This document shows, piece after piece, positions 30,817 through 41,717 of a stretch of 64,000 nucleotides of DNA. The translations under genes were made by a program, and so were the position numbers. This DNA comes from an uncultured cyanobacterium (lineage in GTDB: Bacteria > Cyanobacteriota > Cyanobacteriia > Cyanobacteriales > Cyanobacteriaceae): NCBI GenBank assembly GCA_963749915.1, contig CAVVOP010000005.1:320001-384000 (forward strand), given 5' to 3'. The notes under the pieces are model-generated. The model was given only the letters and a program-made list of their open reading frames with translations, did no database searches and was not told where the DNA came from. Position 1 is the first letter of the stretch. The number at the start of each line of letters is the position of its first letter.

Positions 30817-32820
30817 GTGGAAAAAGGAACTTTAGTCGAATTTAAAGTAAATGGCCATCGCCGTTTAGCCGTAGTGGAAAAGCCAGAAGGGAAAAAAGAC
30901 TGGATTGCTATAGATGAAAAGGGAAACACCCACAAAATTCGCCCTCAAAAAGTAGATTATCAAATTGAAGGGCAATCTTTTAAATATGCCGAAATACAGC
31001 AATTCAAGGCAGAAGTTGAGCCTTATTTGGATGAATCTAATTTAGAAATAGCATGGGAATTATTAGCAGAAGAATCAACGGCAGTATCACCTTCAGATTT
31101 AGCCTCCTTAATTTTTTCCGAAGAAACCCCAGTGGTATGTTATGCAGCACATATTCTTCTGTCCGATGATAAAATTTATTTTAAGAAAAAAGGGCATGTT
31201 TATGAACCTCGATCGAAGACTCAAGTTGAAGAAATTAAGCATCAAATCGAAATAGAAGCACAGAAAAAACAAGAAAAAGAAGGTTTTATAGCCAAACTTC
31301 ATCAGGTTTTACAAGGGGAGAATGTCAAATGGGAAGAGAGGGACTCTGTTAAGCTCAACTTTCTAGAAAAATACGCCCTAGAACCCGATAACCCTCCCAA
31401 ACAAGCTCAAGACATTTTAGAATCTCTGGGAAGGGAGAAAAGTGGTGATTCTGCGGTGCAATTGCTGATAGACTTAAAACTATGGGATAAACACGAAAAT
31501 ATCTTTTTACGCCGTAGTTCTTATCCTAATTATTTTCCTCTACAGGTGTCCGCAGTGGCTAATACAATTCTCGCTCAATTTACTAATGGTAACATCCCCG
31601 ATGCCCATCATCGACTTGATTTAACCCACCAAAAAGTATATACCATTGATGATGAAAGTACCGAAGAAATCGACGATGGTTTAAGTGTGGAAACTTTGGA
31701 AGATGGTTCGTTGCGCTTTTGGATACATATAGCAGATCCTAGCCGTTTAATTGATCCTGATGATATTCTAGACCTGGAAGCCCGTAAACGCAGTACCAGT
31801 TTATACCTACCGACGGGAATGATTCCCATGTTTCCCCCGGAATTAGCCACAGGCCCGATGAGTCTGGTGCAAGGTAAAGTTTGCCCTGCATTGAGTTTTG
31901 GGGTTGTTCTTGGGGATCATGGAGAGGCTATAGACTATAAAATTCACTCTACTGTGATCAGGCCAACTTATCGCTTAACCTATCACGATGTTGATGAAAT
32001 GTTGCATTTGGATATACAAGCCGAACCCCAAGTGAGACAGTTAGCAGAGGCGGCGAAAAAGCGAGCACGATGGCGCAAAGATAACGGATCTGTTATGATT
32101 TCTATGCCAGAGGCTGTTATTAAAGTGAAGGACAATGAAGAAGTAACCATCGAATTATTAGAGCCTTCTTTTTCCCGTTCCTTAGTGGCAGAGATGATGA
32201 TATTAGCCGGTGAAATAGCAGGACGCTATTGTCAAGAACATAATATTCCCGTGGCTTTTCGCAGTCAACCGCAACCTGAATTACCGCCAGAAGAAGAATT
32301 AATACTTTTACCAGCCGGACCTGTAAGATCTTGTGCTTTACGTCGCTGCATGCCTAAAAGTGAGACAGGTTTATCCGCTGCCCGCCATGCTAGTTTAGGG
32401 TTGGAAACTTATACCCAAGTAACCTCGCCTATTCGCCGTTATACGGACTTATTGGCTCATTTTCAAATTAAAGCCCATTTGAGAGGGGATGAATTGCCCT
32501 TCCACCGGAATAAAATGCAAGAAATTATTTTCGAGGTAATGAGTACTTCTTCCGAGGCAGTATTGGTGGAAAGACAAACAAACCGTTATTGGAGTTTACA
32601 ATATTTACAGAAACATAGTAATGAAATTTGGCACGGTTTAGTTTTGCGTTGGTTACGGGAAGATGATAATTTGGCCTTGATTTTATTAGAAGACTTGGGG
32701 TTAGAATTTGTCCACCGTTTCGATCGTATTCCAAAAATAGGGGATCAGATACAATTACAAGTGTCATTTTGTGACCCTCAAAGGGATGAAATTCGTTTCA
32801 AGGAAGCCATGGGTAATTAG
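30817..32820 (+). CDS. rnb: Ribonuclease II/R family exoribonuclease
   Basis: Motifs TIDDESTEEIDDG, IHIAD and TSPIRRYTDL. Confidence 0.92.
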   Translation: MEKGTLVEFKVNGHRRLAVVEKPEGKKDWIAIDEKGNTHKIRPQKVDYQIEGQSFKYAEIQQFKAEVEPYLDESNLEIAWELLAEESTAVSPSDLASLIFSEETPVVCYAAHILLSDDKIYFKKKGHVYEPRSKTQVEEIKHQIEIEAQKKQEKEGFIAKLHQVLQGENVKWEERDSVKLNFLEKYALEPDNPPKQAQDILESLGREKSGDSAVQLLIDLKLWDKHENIFLRRSSYPNYFPLQVSAVANTILAQFTNGNIPDAHHRLDLTHQKVYTIDDESTEEIDDGLSVETLEDGSLRFWIHIADPSRLIDPDDILDLEARKRSTSLYLPTGMIPMFPPELATGPMSLVQGKVCPALSFGVVLGDHGEAIDYKIHSTVIRPTYRLTYHDVDEMLHLDIQAEPQVRQLAEAAKKRARWRKDNGSVMISMPEAVIKVKDNEEVTIELLEPSFSRSLVAEMMILAGEIAGRYCQEHNIPVAFRSQPQPELPPEEELILLPAGPVRSCALRRCMPKSETGLSAARHASLGLETYTQVTSPIRRYTDLLAHFQIKAHLRGDELPFHRNKMQEIIFEVMSTSSEAVLVERQTNRYWSLQYLQKHSNEIWHGLVLRWLREDDNLALILLEDLGLEFVHRFDRIPKIGDQIQLQVSFCDPQRDEIRFKEAMGN

Positions 32821-33003
32821 GGATTGCTGAAACTGAGATCATGCCCATATTTCAGTTAAAAAGTTTCTTTAATGTTCAGATTCGGTAAACCACATCTTGA
32901 TATAGTCGGATTTTCTATGACATGATGACAGGTAATTGGCCAAATAATCAACAAACTGGCTTTGATATTGTCATTAAATTTTAGAAAATTACAATAACTG
33001 CTT

Positions 33004-34962
33004 ATGAGTACTGTATTAGAAAAGGGTAATATTTCCATTCATACCGAGAATATATTTCCCATTATCAAAAAATCCCTTTATACTGACCATGAAATCTTTC
33101 TAAGAGAATTAATATCTAACTCCGTTGATGCTATTTCTAAGGCAAAAATGGCATCTTTAGCAGGAGAAATTACAAACGACTTACCTGAGCCTGAAATTAC
33201 TATCGCTATTGATAAAGAGAAAAAAACTCTCTCCATTAGCGACAACGGTATTGGCATGACAGTAGAAGAAATTAAGAAATATATTAACCAAGTTGCTTTT
33301 TCCAGTGCTGAAGATTTTATTACTAAATATGGTAAAACCGCCAATGATTTAATTGGGCATTTCGGTTTAGGATTTTATTCCGCTTTTATGGTTGCCAAAC
33401 AAGTAGAGATAGACACCTTATCATATCGTGAAGGGGCAACGGCGATCCACTGGAGTTGTGATGGTTCACCGGCATTTGAATTAACTGACTCTAGTCATAC
33501 AATCCCCGGCACTACCATTACTCTTACCATGATGGATGAGGAGACGGAATATTTAGAAGAATCGAGAATTAAAAATCTGGTTAAGAAATATTCTGATTTT
33601 GTGCCAGTGGCCATCAAAATCGGTGAGGATACCGTTAACCGTCAAAAAGCTTTGTGGAAGGAATCACCACAAAATCTCACTGATGAGGATTATTTAGAAT
33701 TTTACCGTTATCTTTATCCTTTTCAAGAAGATCCCTTATTATGGGTGCATTTAAGTACAGATTACCCATTCTTACTCAATGGCATCCTCTACTTCCCCAA
33801 ATTAAGACCCGATGTTGATGTTACTAAAGGGCAAATTAAGCTATTCTGTAACCAGGTATTTGTGAGTGATCATTGTGAAGAAATTATCCCCGAATTTTTG
33901 ATGCCTTTACGGGGTGTAATTGATAGCCCTGACATTCCTTTGAACGTTTCTCGTAGTGCCTTAACTAATCACCGTACAGTCAGACGCATTGCTGATTTTA
34001 TCAGCAAAAAAATTGGCGATCGCCTTAAATCCTTATACAATGATAACAAGGCAAAATATATCAGCAGTTGGGAAGATGTTGGTACTTTCGTTAAATATGG
34101 TGCGTTGAGAGACGAGAAATTTAAAAAACAAGTAGAAGATTTAATCATCTATCGCACTACCTATCAGGCCGGTCAAACCGAGGAAAAACCCAAAGTTGAG
34201 GTAGAGTCGGGAGATGACGCTTGGGCGGATATTACCCCTGACAATAATTTACCTTACACCACTTTAAATGAATATTTAGACAGAAATAAAGAGAAGCACG
34301 AAAAACGAGTATTCTATTGCAATAATGCCCAAACTCAAAGCACTTACGTCGATTTATACAAGAATCAGGGCATTGAAGTGTTGTTCATGGATTCTTTTAT
34401 CGACACTAACTATTTTATCCCCTTTTTAGAGCGGGAATACACTGACGTGAAATTCTCAAGGGTTGACTCGGAGTTAGATTCTAGCTTGGTGGAAGATGAC
34501 AAAGCCAGTGAAATCGTCGATCCTAATAGTAACAAAACCCGTGCTGAAGAAATTAAGGAAATTTTTGAGAAAGCCATTAACAAGCCAAAAGTTAACGTCA
34601 AAACTCAGTCCTTGAAGGGGGAAAGCCAAGAAGAAACTCCTCCAGCAATGGTATTGTTACCAGAAGCGATGCGTCGCTTCCAAGAGATGACAGCGATGAT
34701 GCAACAACGGGAGATCAAGTTTCCTGAAGAACATATGTTAGTAATCAACACTGCTCATCCTTTAATTGAAAATATATATCAACTTAATAAGGGTGCGATA
34801 ATTCAAGGTAGTGGAGAATCTCCTACTAAGGAAATGGTTAACCTCATGTGTCAATATGTCTATGACTTAGCTTTAATGGCCCAACGGGCATTTGATGCCG
34901 AAGGGATGACGGCTTTTGTGGAGCGATCGAATAAAGTATTAACAAAGCTAACTAAGCGCTAA
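33004..34962 (+). CDS. htpG: Hsp90 chaperone
   Basis: Motifs FLRELISN, DNGIGM, IGHFGLGFYS and PLNVSRS. Confidence 0.97.
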   Translation: MSTVLEKGNISIHTENIFPIIKKSLYTDHEIFLRELISNSVDAISKAKMASLAGEITNDLPEPEITIAIDKEKKTLSISDNGIGMTVEEIKKYINQVAFSSAEDFITKYGKTANDLIGHFGLGFYSAFMVAKQVEIDTLSYREGATAIHWSCDGSPAFELTDSSHTIPGTTITLTMMDEETEYLEESRIKNLVKKYSDFVPVAIKIGEDTVNRQKALWKESPQNLTDEDYLEFYRYLYPFQEDPLLWVHLSTDYPFLLNGILYFPKLRPDVDVTKGQIKLFCNQVFVSDHCEEIIPEFLMPLRGVIDSPDIPLNVSRSALTNHRTVRRIADFISKKIGDRLKSLYNDNKAKYISSWEDVGTFVKYGALRDEKFKKQVEDLIIYRTTYQAGQTEEKPKVEVESGDDAWADITPDNNLPYTTLNEYLDRNKEKHEKRVFYCNNAQTQSTYVDLYKNQGIEVLFMDSFIDTNYFIPFLEREYTDVKFSRVDSELDSSLVEDDKASEIVDPNSNKTRAEEIKEIFEKAINKPKVNVKTQSLKGESQEETPPAMVLLPEAMRRFQEMTAMMQQREIKFPEEHMLVINTAHPLIENIYQLNKGAIIQGSGESPTKEMVNLMCQYVYDLALMAQRAFDAEGMTAFVERSNKVLTKLTKR

Positions 34963-34972
34963 ACTAACGATG

Positions 34973-34997
34973 GGGTGGGTAATGCTCACCTTTTTTT
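34973..34997 (+). terminator. Intrinsic terminator / REP-like hairpin after htpG
   Basis: GGTGGGT-AAT-GCTCACC followed by T7. Confidence 0.75.
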
Positions 34998-35014
34998 ATT
35001 GGACATCGACCACA

Positions 35015-35212
35015 TTATTATCTGGTTCTTTTCGCCCCGATGACCAAGTTTGTGTCCTCCGTAGTTACCTCAGACAAAGAGAGACATTATTAGAGAAGCT
35101 GGGACTCACGTGAGCGCGGATGCAAAAGGCCTTAATTCAGATGAAGCTACAGCTACACAAAGTAGTTAGTGACATCACTGGCGTAACCGGAATGACGATC
35201 ATCAGGGCGATG
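35015..35212 (+). pseudogene. IS110-family transposase fragment
   Basis: Translates LLSGSFRPDDQVCVLRSYLRQRETLL..*ARMQKALIQMKLQLHKVVSDITGVTGMTIIRA. Confidence 0.85.
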
Positions 35213-35321
35213 TGCGTAGAGGAGGGGGATGGTCATTATAATACATCGTTATAATAATCCTTCACCATAATCAAGGTATAATTAATGATTTGATGAGTAA
35301 AAAAATAAATTGTAAATTATA

Positions 35322-36590
35322 ATGATTCACGATATTTTTATGCCAGCCCTTAGTTCAACAATGACAGAAGGGAAGATCGTTTCATGGGAAAAAGCACCGG
35401 GGGACAAAGTTGAGAAAGGAGAAACCGTTGTTGTCGTGGAGTCAGACAAAGCGGATATGGATGTTGAATCCTTTTATTCTGGTTATTTAGCCACTATTTT
35501 AGTTCCTGCGGGAGAAGAAGCACCAGTAGGACAAGCGATCGCTTACATTGCGGAAACAGAGGCAGAAATTGAAGAAGCTAGACAAAAAGCTAGTCAGGGC
35601 CAAAAAGCTACCTCGACAGCTCAAAAAGAAGTCAAAGTAGAACCGGAACCTCAATCCGTTGCTGATGCCACTGTCAGCACCACTGCTAAAACTAATGGTA
35701 GAATTATCGTCTCTCCTAGGGCGAAAAAACTAGCTAAAGAATTAAAAGTTGATTTAAGTAATCTTATCGGTACAGGTCCCAATGGACGTATTATCGCCGA
35801 AGATGTGGAGAAAATAGCTGGAAAAACTCCTCAAGCACCTAAAGTTACGACCGTTACCACTACTGTAACTCCTGCCTCCAGTATTACCCCCACACCCATT
35901 CCTGTTAATAATTTAGCAGGGCAAACTGTACCCTTTAACACTTTACAACAGGCGGTCATTCGCAATATGATGGCTAGTTTACAAGTGCCAACTTTCCAAG
36001 TTAGTTATACCATCAACACCGATAAGTTAGATAGTCTTTACCGGCAAATTAAATCTAAAGGGGTGACGATGACTGCCTTGTTAGCGAAAGCCGTATCGAT
36101 GACTTTACAAAAATACCCCATCGTCAATGCTAGTTTCACCGAGGGAGGTATTAAGTATAATGAAAGTATTAATATCGCCGTTGCCGTTGCTATGCCCGAT
36201 GGTGGTTTAATCACCCCCGTCATCAAAAACGCTGATCAAATTGATATTTATTCTTTGGCACGTAATTGGCAAGATTTGGTTAATCGCTCTCGTGCAAAAC
36301 AATTACAACCCGATGAATATACCACGGGTACTTTTACTTTATCTAATTTAGGAATGTTTGGTGTCAGTGACTTTACTGCGATCTTACCCCCCGGATTAGG
36401 TTCGATTTTGGCTATTGGCGGTGTTCGTCCTACGGTTGTGGCGAATGAAGAAGGTTTATTTGGGGTCAAAAATCAAATGACGGTTAATATCACCTGCGAT
36501 CATCGGATTATTTACGGTGCAGATGCTGCTGGATTTTTACAAGACTTAGCAAAATTAATCGAAACCGATGCTCAATCTCTAACCCTGTAA
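35322..36590 (+). CDS. pdhC: Pyruvate dehydrogenase E2 dihydrolipoamide acetyltransferase
   Basis: Lipoyl motif ESDKADM, E3-binding domain and DHRIIYGA. Confidence 0.95.
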   Translation: MIHDIFMPALSSTMTEGKIVSWEKAPGDKVEKGETVVVVESDKADMDVESFYSGYLATILVPAGEEAPVGQAIAYIAETEAEIEEARQKASQGQKATSTAQKEVKVEPEPQSVADATVSTTAKTNGRIIVSPRAKKLAKELKVDLSNLIGTGPNGRIIAEDVEKIAGKTPQAPKVTTVTTTVTPASSITPTPIPVNNLAGQTVPFNTLQQAVIRNMMASLQVPTFQVSYTINTDKLDSLYRQIKSKGVTMTALLAKAVSMTLQKYPIVNASFTEGGIKYNESINIAVAVAMPDGGLITPVIKNADQIDIYSLARNWQDLVNRSRAKQLQPDEYTTGTFTLSNLGMFGVSDFTAILPPGLGSILAIGGVRPTVVANEEGLFGVKNQMTVNITCDHRIIYGADAAGFLQDLAKLIETDAQSLTL

Positions 36591-36610
36591 ATTTCAACTA
36601 TTTTGACGAC

Positions 36611-36639
36611 AAAAAAGACACAGACTTTTTTTCTGTGTC
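36611..36639 (-). terminator. Intrinsic terminator between convergent genes
   Basis: GACACAGA-N7-TCTGTGTC hairpin with A6 on its left (U tract on the minus strand). Confidence 0.7.
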
Positions 36640-36664
36640 GTAACTTTGATTCGAGAAAAAATCT

Positions 36665-36847
36665 TTAATAAGCTAAAGCTTCAAGGGTTGAACGTAAATA
36701 TTGCTTAACTTGATCTTCAACATTGCCTTCTAGTTTATTCTCTTTCTGCCAACGCTTGAAACCAGAGCTTTTGGCGATCGCCTGTTTGAGACTGTTCCAG
36801 ATTTCTTGATCTTGTCCTAGATTACTCGAAATAGTTGATATAGCCAT
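36665..36847 (-). CDS. Small conserved cyanobacterial protein
   Basis: W..LKQAIA.SSGFKRWQ...YLRSTLEALAY. Confidence 0.8.
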   Translation of the reverse strand: MAISTISSNLGQDQEIWNSLKQAIAKSSGFKRWQKENKLEGNVEDQVKQYLRSTLEALAY

Positions 36848-36951
36848 AAATATTTCCGTTTTGGTGAGAGTGAATTAGTTGCTGATATTAACTTAAGATA
36901 ACCCAATTCTAAACCATACTATTGTAACTAAGATAACAGAACATGGCTTCC

Positions 36952-37473
36952 TTAAGAATTGCTAAGAGTATCCATCTTTGCAAAATTGTCCTCAAAAATA
37001 GTAACGGTAGCTTCGTTGTCGTCTTTTTGAATTAAAGAGCGTCGAATTTGACCAAGATATAAAGGATAAGTAACTTTCTCATCATGTATTTGAGTTCTAG
37101 CTCTAATGGTAAGTTTACTATCCCCATTAGAAGAAGTTCTGCCATAGGAGAATAAATCGATGGCCGCCTGTTGTAAAGTCGCCTCTAACTCTGAAGGAGT
37201 AATGGTGGCCGGTACTGCTATTACCGCTTGGTTTGTTCCCGTATCATAAACTAAATTGAATCTTACCGCATTAGGTATTTGTGCTCGACTAAATAAGCCT
37301 AAACTCAGAGCGAATAAACCCACTGTCAACAAGCCCATAAATCCCGTTGCACCCACTAAACGAAAACGAAAACCCCATTTAAAGATAAAACCGAGAATCG
37401 CCAAAACAAAAAAGGCGATCGTTGTATAGATTGACCATAAAGTATAATGACCAAAATCTAAGGATAATTCCAT
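36952..37473 (-). CDS. ycf51: Ycf51 (DUF2518) family protein
   Basis: Motifs WGFRFRLVGATGF and LEATLQQAA.DLFSYGR. Confidence 0.88.
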   Translation of the reverse strand: MELSLDFGHYTLWSIYTTIAFFVLAILGFIFKWGFRFRLVGATGFMGLLTVGLFALSLGLFSRAQIPNAVRFNLVYDTGTNQAVIAVPATITPSELEATLQQAAIDLFSYGRTSSNGDSKLTIRARTQIHDEKVTYPLYLGQIRRSLIQKDDNEATVTIFEDNFAKMDTLSNS

Positions 37474-37794
37474 TTTTTCTACAATTTAACGTTAGCTTCC
37501 CAATTTTACAACAAACTTTACATAGAGCATCGTTTGCTTTAGGTATAGGATGTCTGGCGACAATCAACCCTTAGCAGAGTCTTGTTAAGAGTGAATAATC
37601 AATAGTTAATCTTGATTTAACCTAAAAAAAACTTAATAATTTTTTAATAATTACCTATAATCGTCATCAAAAAAAGATTAAAAAGAAAATTCAATTTAAT
37701 TGGTAATAATCTTTACAACTAATTGGGATCAAGGAATGTTAGCTTATACGGTATAAAGATAAATTCAATTTTAAAAAACTCATTATTAATTATC

Positions 37795-38145
37795 ATGGCT
37801 CAAATACTAGATGCAATTTCTCACAATGAAAATGATGCTATTTTGTGTTGTTATGTTAATGCCACAAGTCAAATTCAAATAGCTAGGATCACAAATATAA
37901 CTAATTGGTACTTTGAGAGGGTGGTATTCCCAGGACAAAGGTTAGTATTTGAGACATTCCCCGAAGCTTTGTTGGAAATTCACTCAGGAATGATGGCCAG
38001 TGCCATTTTATCAGATACCATTCCCTGTAAGCGTTTATGTGTTCATGAAGAAAAAAGCACCGATAAAAATGAAGAGGAGGATTCCAGAATGGGGACGAAC
38101 AAAGAATATAAGGACTCTTCAGATTTAGAAGCTGTTATCGCTTAA
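37795..38145 (+). CDS. DUF1830 domain protein
   Basis: CCYVNATSQIQIARITNI.NWYFERVVFPGQRLVFE. Confidence 0.9.
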   Translation: MAQILDAISHNENDAILCCYVNATSQIQIARITNITNWYFERVVFPGQRLVFETFPEALLEIHSGMMASAILSDTIPCKRLCVHEEKSTDKNEEEDSRMGTNKEYKDSSDLEAVIA

Positions 38146-38257
38146 TATTAGCTTCTTCTTTAATTGTTGTGATCATGGATTATAGTTGGTAGATTTTGTA
38201 CCTAGACAATATTGAATTATCCTTTCATAATCTTTTCATTTTTGCTATAATAATTCT

Positions 38258-39037
38258 ATGTCCATCACTAGGGTTAATAGATTTATGGGTGATTCTAATT
38301 GTCTAAGAGTTGAAAATTTGACCGTCAATTATCGTGAAGTTGAGGCTTTGAGAAATGTAACTTTTCAAGTTGTACAAAAAAAAGTCACGGGAATTATTGG
38401 TCCCAATGGTGCAGGGAAAAGTACGATGATGAAAGCTATGTTAGGCTTGATCTCTTGTCAGTTTGGCTCAATTTTCTTTGATAATCAACCTTTAATTAAA
38501 CAAAGACAAAGAATTGCTTATGTACCACAGCGATCGCAAATTGATTGGACTTATCCTGCTACGGTGTGGGATGTAGTAATGATGGGTAGAGTAAAAAAAA
38601 CCGGATGGTTAAAGCCTTTTTCGATGATGAGTCGTGTTATGGCTAAAAATGCTCTACAAAAAGTGGGAATGTATGATTTTTGCCATCGCCCTATCGGACA
38701 ATTATCGGGAGGACAACAACAAAGAGTATTTTTGGCTCGATCTTTAGCACAATCCGCCGATATATTCTTTTTTGATGAGCCTTTTGCCGGAGTGGATCAA
38801 AAAACAGAGACGGTCATTTTCAATATTTTTCGAGAATTAGCTGATGAAGGTAAAATTGTGTTAGTAGTCAATCATGATTTAGGAGAGTCTATTAATAACT
38901 TTGATGATTTGATTTTACTCAACAAACATTTGATTGCGGCTGGGAGTAAACAAGAGGTTTTACAGGAAGAAAATTTATATAATGCCTACGGTGGAAAAGT
39001 CTCTTTTTTCTCTCATAATGCCAGATTATTTGCCTAA
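38258..39037 (+). CDS. mntA: Mn/Zn/Fe ABC transporter ATP-binding subunit
   Basis: Motifs GPNGAGKST, YVPQRSQIDW, LSGGQQQR and DEPF. Confidence 0.85.
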   Translation: MSITRVNRFMGDSNCLRVENLTVNYREVEALRNVTFQVVQKKVTGIIGPNGAGKSTMMKAMLGLISCQFGSIFFDNQPLIKQRQRIAYVPQRSQIDWTYPATVWDVVMMGRVKKTGWLKPFSMMSRVMAKNALQKVGMYDFCHRPIGQLSGGQQQRVFLARSLAQSADIFFFDEPFAGVDQKTETVIFNIFRELADEGKIVLVVNHDLGESINNFDDLILLNKHLIAAGSKQEVLQEENLYNAYGGKVSFFSHNARLFA

Positions 39038-39118
39038 TAAAACATAGTATTTATTTTTACCAATTTTTGTATTTTATATTTTCTTTAGTTATTTCTAGTA
39101 TATGAGTTTTAATAAATA

Positions 39119-39970
39119 ATGCTCAATTTTTTAATTGAACCTTTGCAATATGGTTTTATGCAGAGATCTTTATTAGTAGCTATTGTCGTCGGGGTAATTT
39201 GTGCAGTAGTTGGTAGTTATTTAATGGTGCAAAGACTGGCTTTATTAGGGGATGCGATTAGTCATTCTGTTTTACCAGGATTAGCCATCGCTTTTATATT
39301 AGGAATTAATATTTTTATCGGTGCATTTATCGCTGGACTACTCAGTACTATTTGTATAAATATTATCAGAAATAATTCAAAAATTAAGGAAGATGCCGCT
39401 ATGGGTATAGTTTTTTCGGCATTTTTTGCATTAGGGATTACCTTAATTACCGTGGTTCAAAAAGAGAACAAAATAGACTTAAATCATTTCCTCTTTGGTA
39501 ATATTTTAGGGGTTAGTTTATCAGAAGTAAGAGACACAATTATCATTGCTGTCTTTGTGTTGCTAATTGTCTTCTTATTTTACAAAGAATTGTTATTTTA
39601 TACCTTTGACAAATTAGGGGCAGAATCTGTCGGTTTACCAGTGAATTTACTAGATACCGGGTTAATGATTTTAATTGGTTTAACTATCGTGGCAAGTTTA
39701 AAAGCAGTGGGAGTTATTTTGGTTTTATCCTTATTAATAACCCCTCCTTCTACGGCTTATTTATTGGTAAATAGGTTGAATCAAGTCATGCTAGTAGGTA
39801 TTTTTGTCGGCGTTATTTCTAGCATTAGTGGGATGTATTTAAGTTATTATTTTAATTTACCCTCAGGTCCAGCCATTGTCTTAGTCTCCACTGGCTTATT
39901 TATTCTGAGTTTTTTATTCAGTCCAGGTCAGGGTTTAATTACTGGTTATTTTCGGTTAAAATCTAGTTAA
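39119..39970 (+). CDS. mntB: Mn/Zn/Fe ABC transporter permease
   Basis: Motifs GDAISHSVLPG, EDAAMG and HFLFGNILG. Confidence 0.85.
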   Translation: MLNFLIEPLQYGFMQRSLLVAIVVGVICAVVGSYLMVQRLALLGDAISHSVLPGLAIAFILGINIFIGAFIAGLLSTICINIIRNNSKIKEDAAMGIVFSAFFALGITLITVVQKENKIDLNHFLFGNILGVSLSEVRDTIIIAVFVLLIVFLFYKELLFYTFDKLGAESVGLPVNLLDTGLMILIGLTIVASLKAVGVILVLSLLITPPSTAYLLVNRLNQVMLVGIFVGVISSISGMYLSYYFNLPSGPAIVLVSTGLFILSFLFSPGQGLITGYFRLKSS

Positions 39971-40102
39971 TAATTGTAAGACATAATCCTCCTTCAGTAT
40001 TGAGGAAAAGCCATGTTTACCATTTTTTATAGGGCTGGATAAACTTGGATAGAATGTTGGTTGATGCAATTAATCGAATAACTAAATTAGAAGAATACTA
40101 TT

Positions 40103-40294
40103 ATGGAAGAAGATAACACCAAACTAAGGCAGGTGATTGAAAATGCTTTAGCTGATGGCAGATTATCTCGTGCCGAAAGTGACATGATCAAAAAAACCTT
40201 CTATGCTGATAAAAAAGTGACCCCAGAAGAAGCAAGACTTTGGCGAGAGTTACAGCAGAAAGTGACAGAAGGAGAAATTTTACTAGATGGATAG
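40103..40294 (+). CDS. Small hypothetical protein
   Basis: 63 aa with repeated ADGRLSRAE / ADKKVTPEE motifs. Confidence 0.75.
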   Translation: MEEDNTKLRQVIENALADGRLSRAESDMIKKTFYADKKVTPEEARLWRELQQKVTEGEILLDG

Positions 40295-40346
40295 TGACTT
40301 CATGGGATAATAGTTGATCGTTAATCCAGTTATCCTCTTAATCATC

Positions 40347-41450
40347 GTGGCGGAATCATCGAACTTGTTACGCACTCCTCTCTATTCTTTATCTTGTCAA
40401 TCCCGTGCTAAATTTACTGACTTTGAAGGGTGGGAAATGGCCTTACAATATGGTGGTCTAAAAAAAGAGCATCAAGCCGTGAGAGAATCAGTGGGAATGT
40501 TTGATATTTCTCACATGGGTAAGTTTTCGTTACAAGGTAAGAATTTAAGATCGAGTTTAAATTACCTTGTACCATCAGATGTGAGCAATTTAGAAACAGG
40601 CAAAGCCCAGTATTCGGTATTATTAAACCAGAAAGGGGGCATCATTGACGACATTATTTTTTATTATCAAGGGAAAGATGAGCAAAATATCGAATCAGGA
40701 ATATTAATTGTCAATGCCTCAACCATCTCTAAAGATTGGGCTTGGTTAACGGAAAACCTCAAAAATCAAGATATTGAACTGAAAGACAATTCCAGAGATT
40801 TAGCCCTAATCGCCCTACAAGGAAGAAAAGCCCTTGAATATCTTAATCCCCTCGTGACAGAAGACTTAACCATTCTACCCAGCTTTGGGCACATCACCAC
40901 AGCCATTGACAGGGAAAAAGTATTTATTGCCCGTACTGGTTACACTGGAGAGGATGGTTTTGAAATTATGACTACCTCTACCATCGCTCAAAAATTGTGG
41001 AAGCATTTTCTTAATAATAACGTCACCCCTTGCGGCTTAGGGGCTCGTGATACCCTCCGTTTGGAAGCCTCCATGTGCCTCTACGGCCAGGATGTGAATG
41101 AGGAAATAACCCCTTTAGAAGCTGGTTTGGGGTGGGTAGTAAATTTGAATCATGATTTTATCGGAAAAGAGATTTTAACAAGACAAAAACAAGAAAAAGT
41201 CAATAGGCGTTTAGTCGCTATGGAGATGAAAGGTAAATATATCGCCCGTCATGGTTATCCCATTTTAGTCGATAATCAGGTGGTCGGCGAAGTTACCAGT
41301 GGCACTTTATCCCCGACTTTAAATAAGGCGATCGCCCTCGGTTATGTTTCGTATAATTATAGTAAGATAGGACAAAAATTGACAGTGAAAATTAGGGAAA
41401 AATTATATCCTGCAGTAATAGTAAAAAAACCATTTTATCGCCGTTCTTAA
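40347..41450 (+). CDS. gcvT: Glycine cleavage system aminomethyltransferase T
   Basis: Motifs FDISHMG, RTGYTGEDGFE and GLGARDTLRLEA. Confidence 0.96.
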   Translation: MAESSNLLRTPLYSLSCQSRAKFTDFEGWEMALQYGGLKKEHQAVRESVGMFDISHMGKFSLQGKNLRSSLNYLVPSDVSNLETGKAQYSVLLNQKGGIIDDIIFYYQGKDEQNIESGILIVNASTISKDWAWLTENLKNQDIELKDNSRDLALIALQGRKALEYLNPLVTEDLTILPSFGHITTAIDREKVFIARTGYTGEDGFEIMTTSTIAQKLWKHFLNNNVTPCGLGARDTLRLEASMCLYGQDVNEEITPLEAGLGWVVNLNHDFIGKEILTRQKQEKVNRRLVAMEMKGKYIARHGYPILVDNQVVGEVTSGTLSPTLNKAIALGYVSYNYSKIGQKLTVKIREKLYPAVIVKKPFYRRS

Positions 41451-41717
41451 ATAATGGTAATGGGGAAAATCTTAGTTTAAGAATAAAAAATTGAATTGTC
41501 TGTCAAAATTTAGTTTTTTCTAGTCATGCTATTCAACAAGTGTTTTTTAGACTTATTAGATATCTCCAATAATTATACTGGAAGCCCTATGGCATCGTTG
41601 AAAATAGGGGTTTTAAGTTAAAAAAGGTGCAGAACTAGAAATTATTTGTTATGCCGCTTAATCTATTTTAGAAAATCAATTTCGGAGTTAATTTTAATTA
41701 TAATCAACAGAAAAATT

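Noticed and set aside
32820..32893. Degenerate MITE-like ends (also near 14810-14893, 41558-41692 and 53800-53822)
   Set aside because: The inverted repeats are too degraded and no TSDs are visible.
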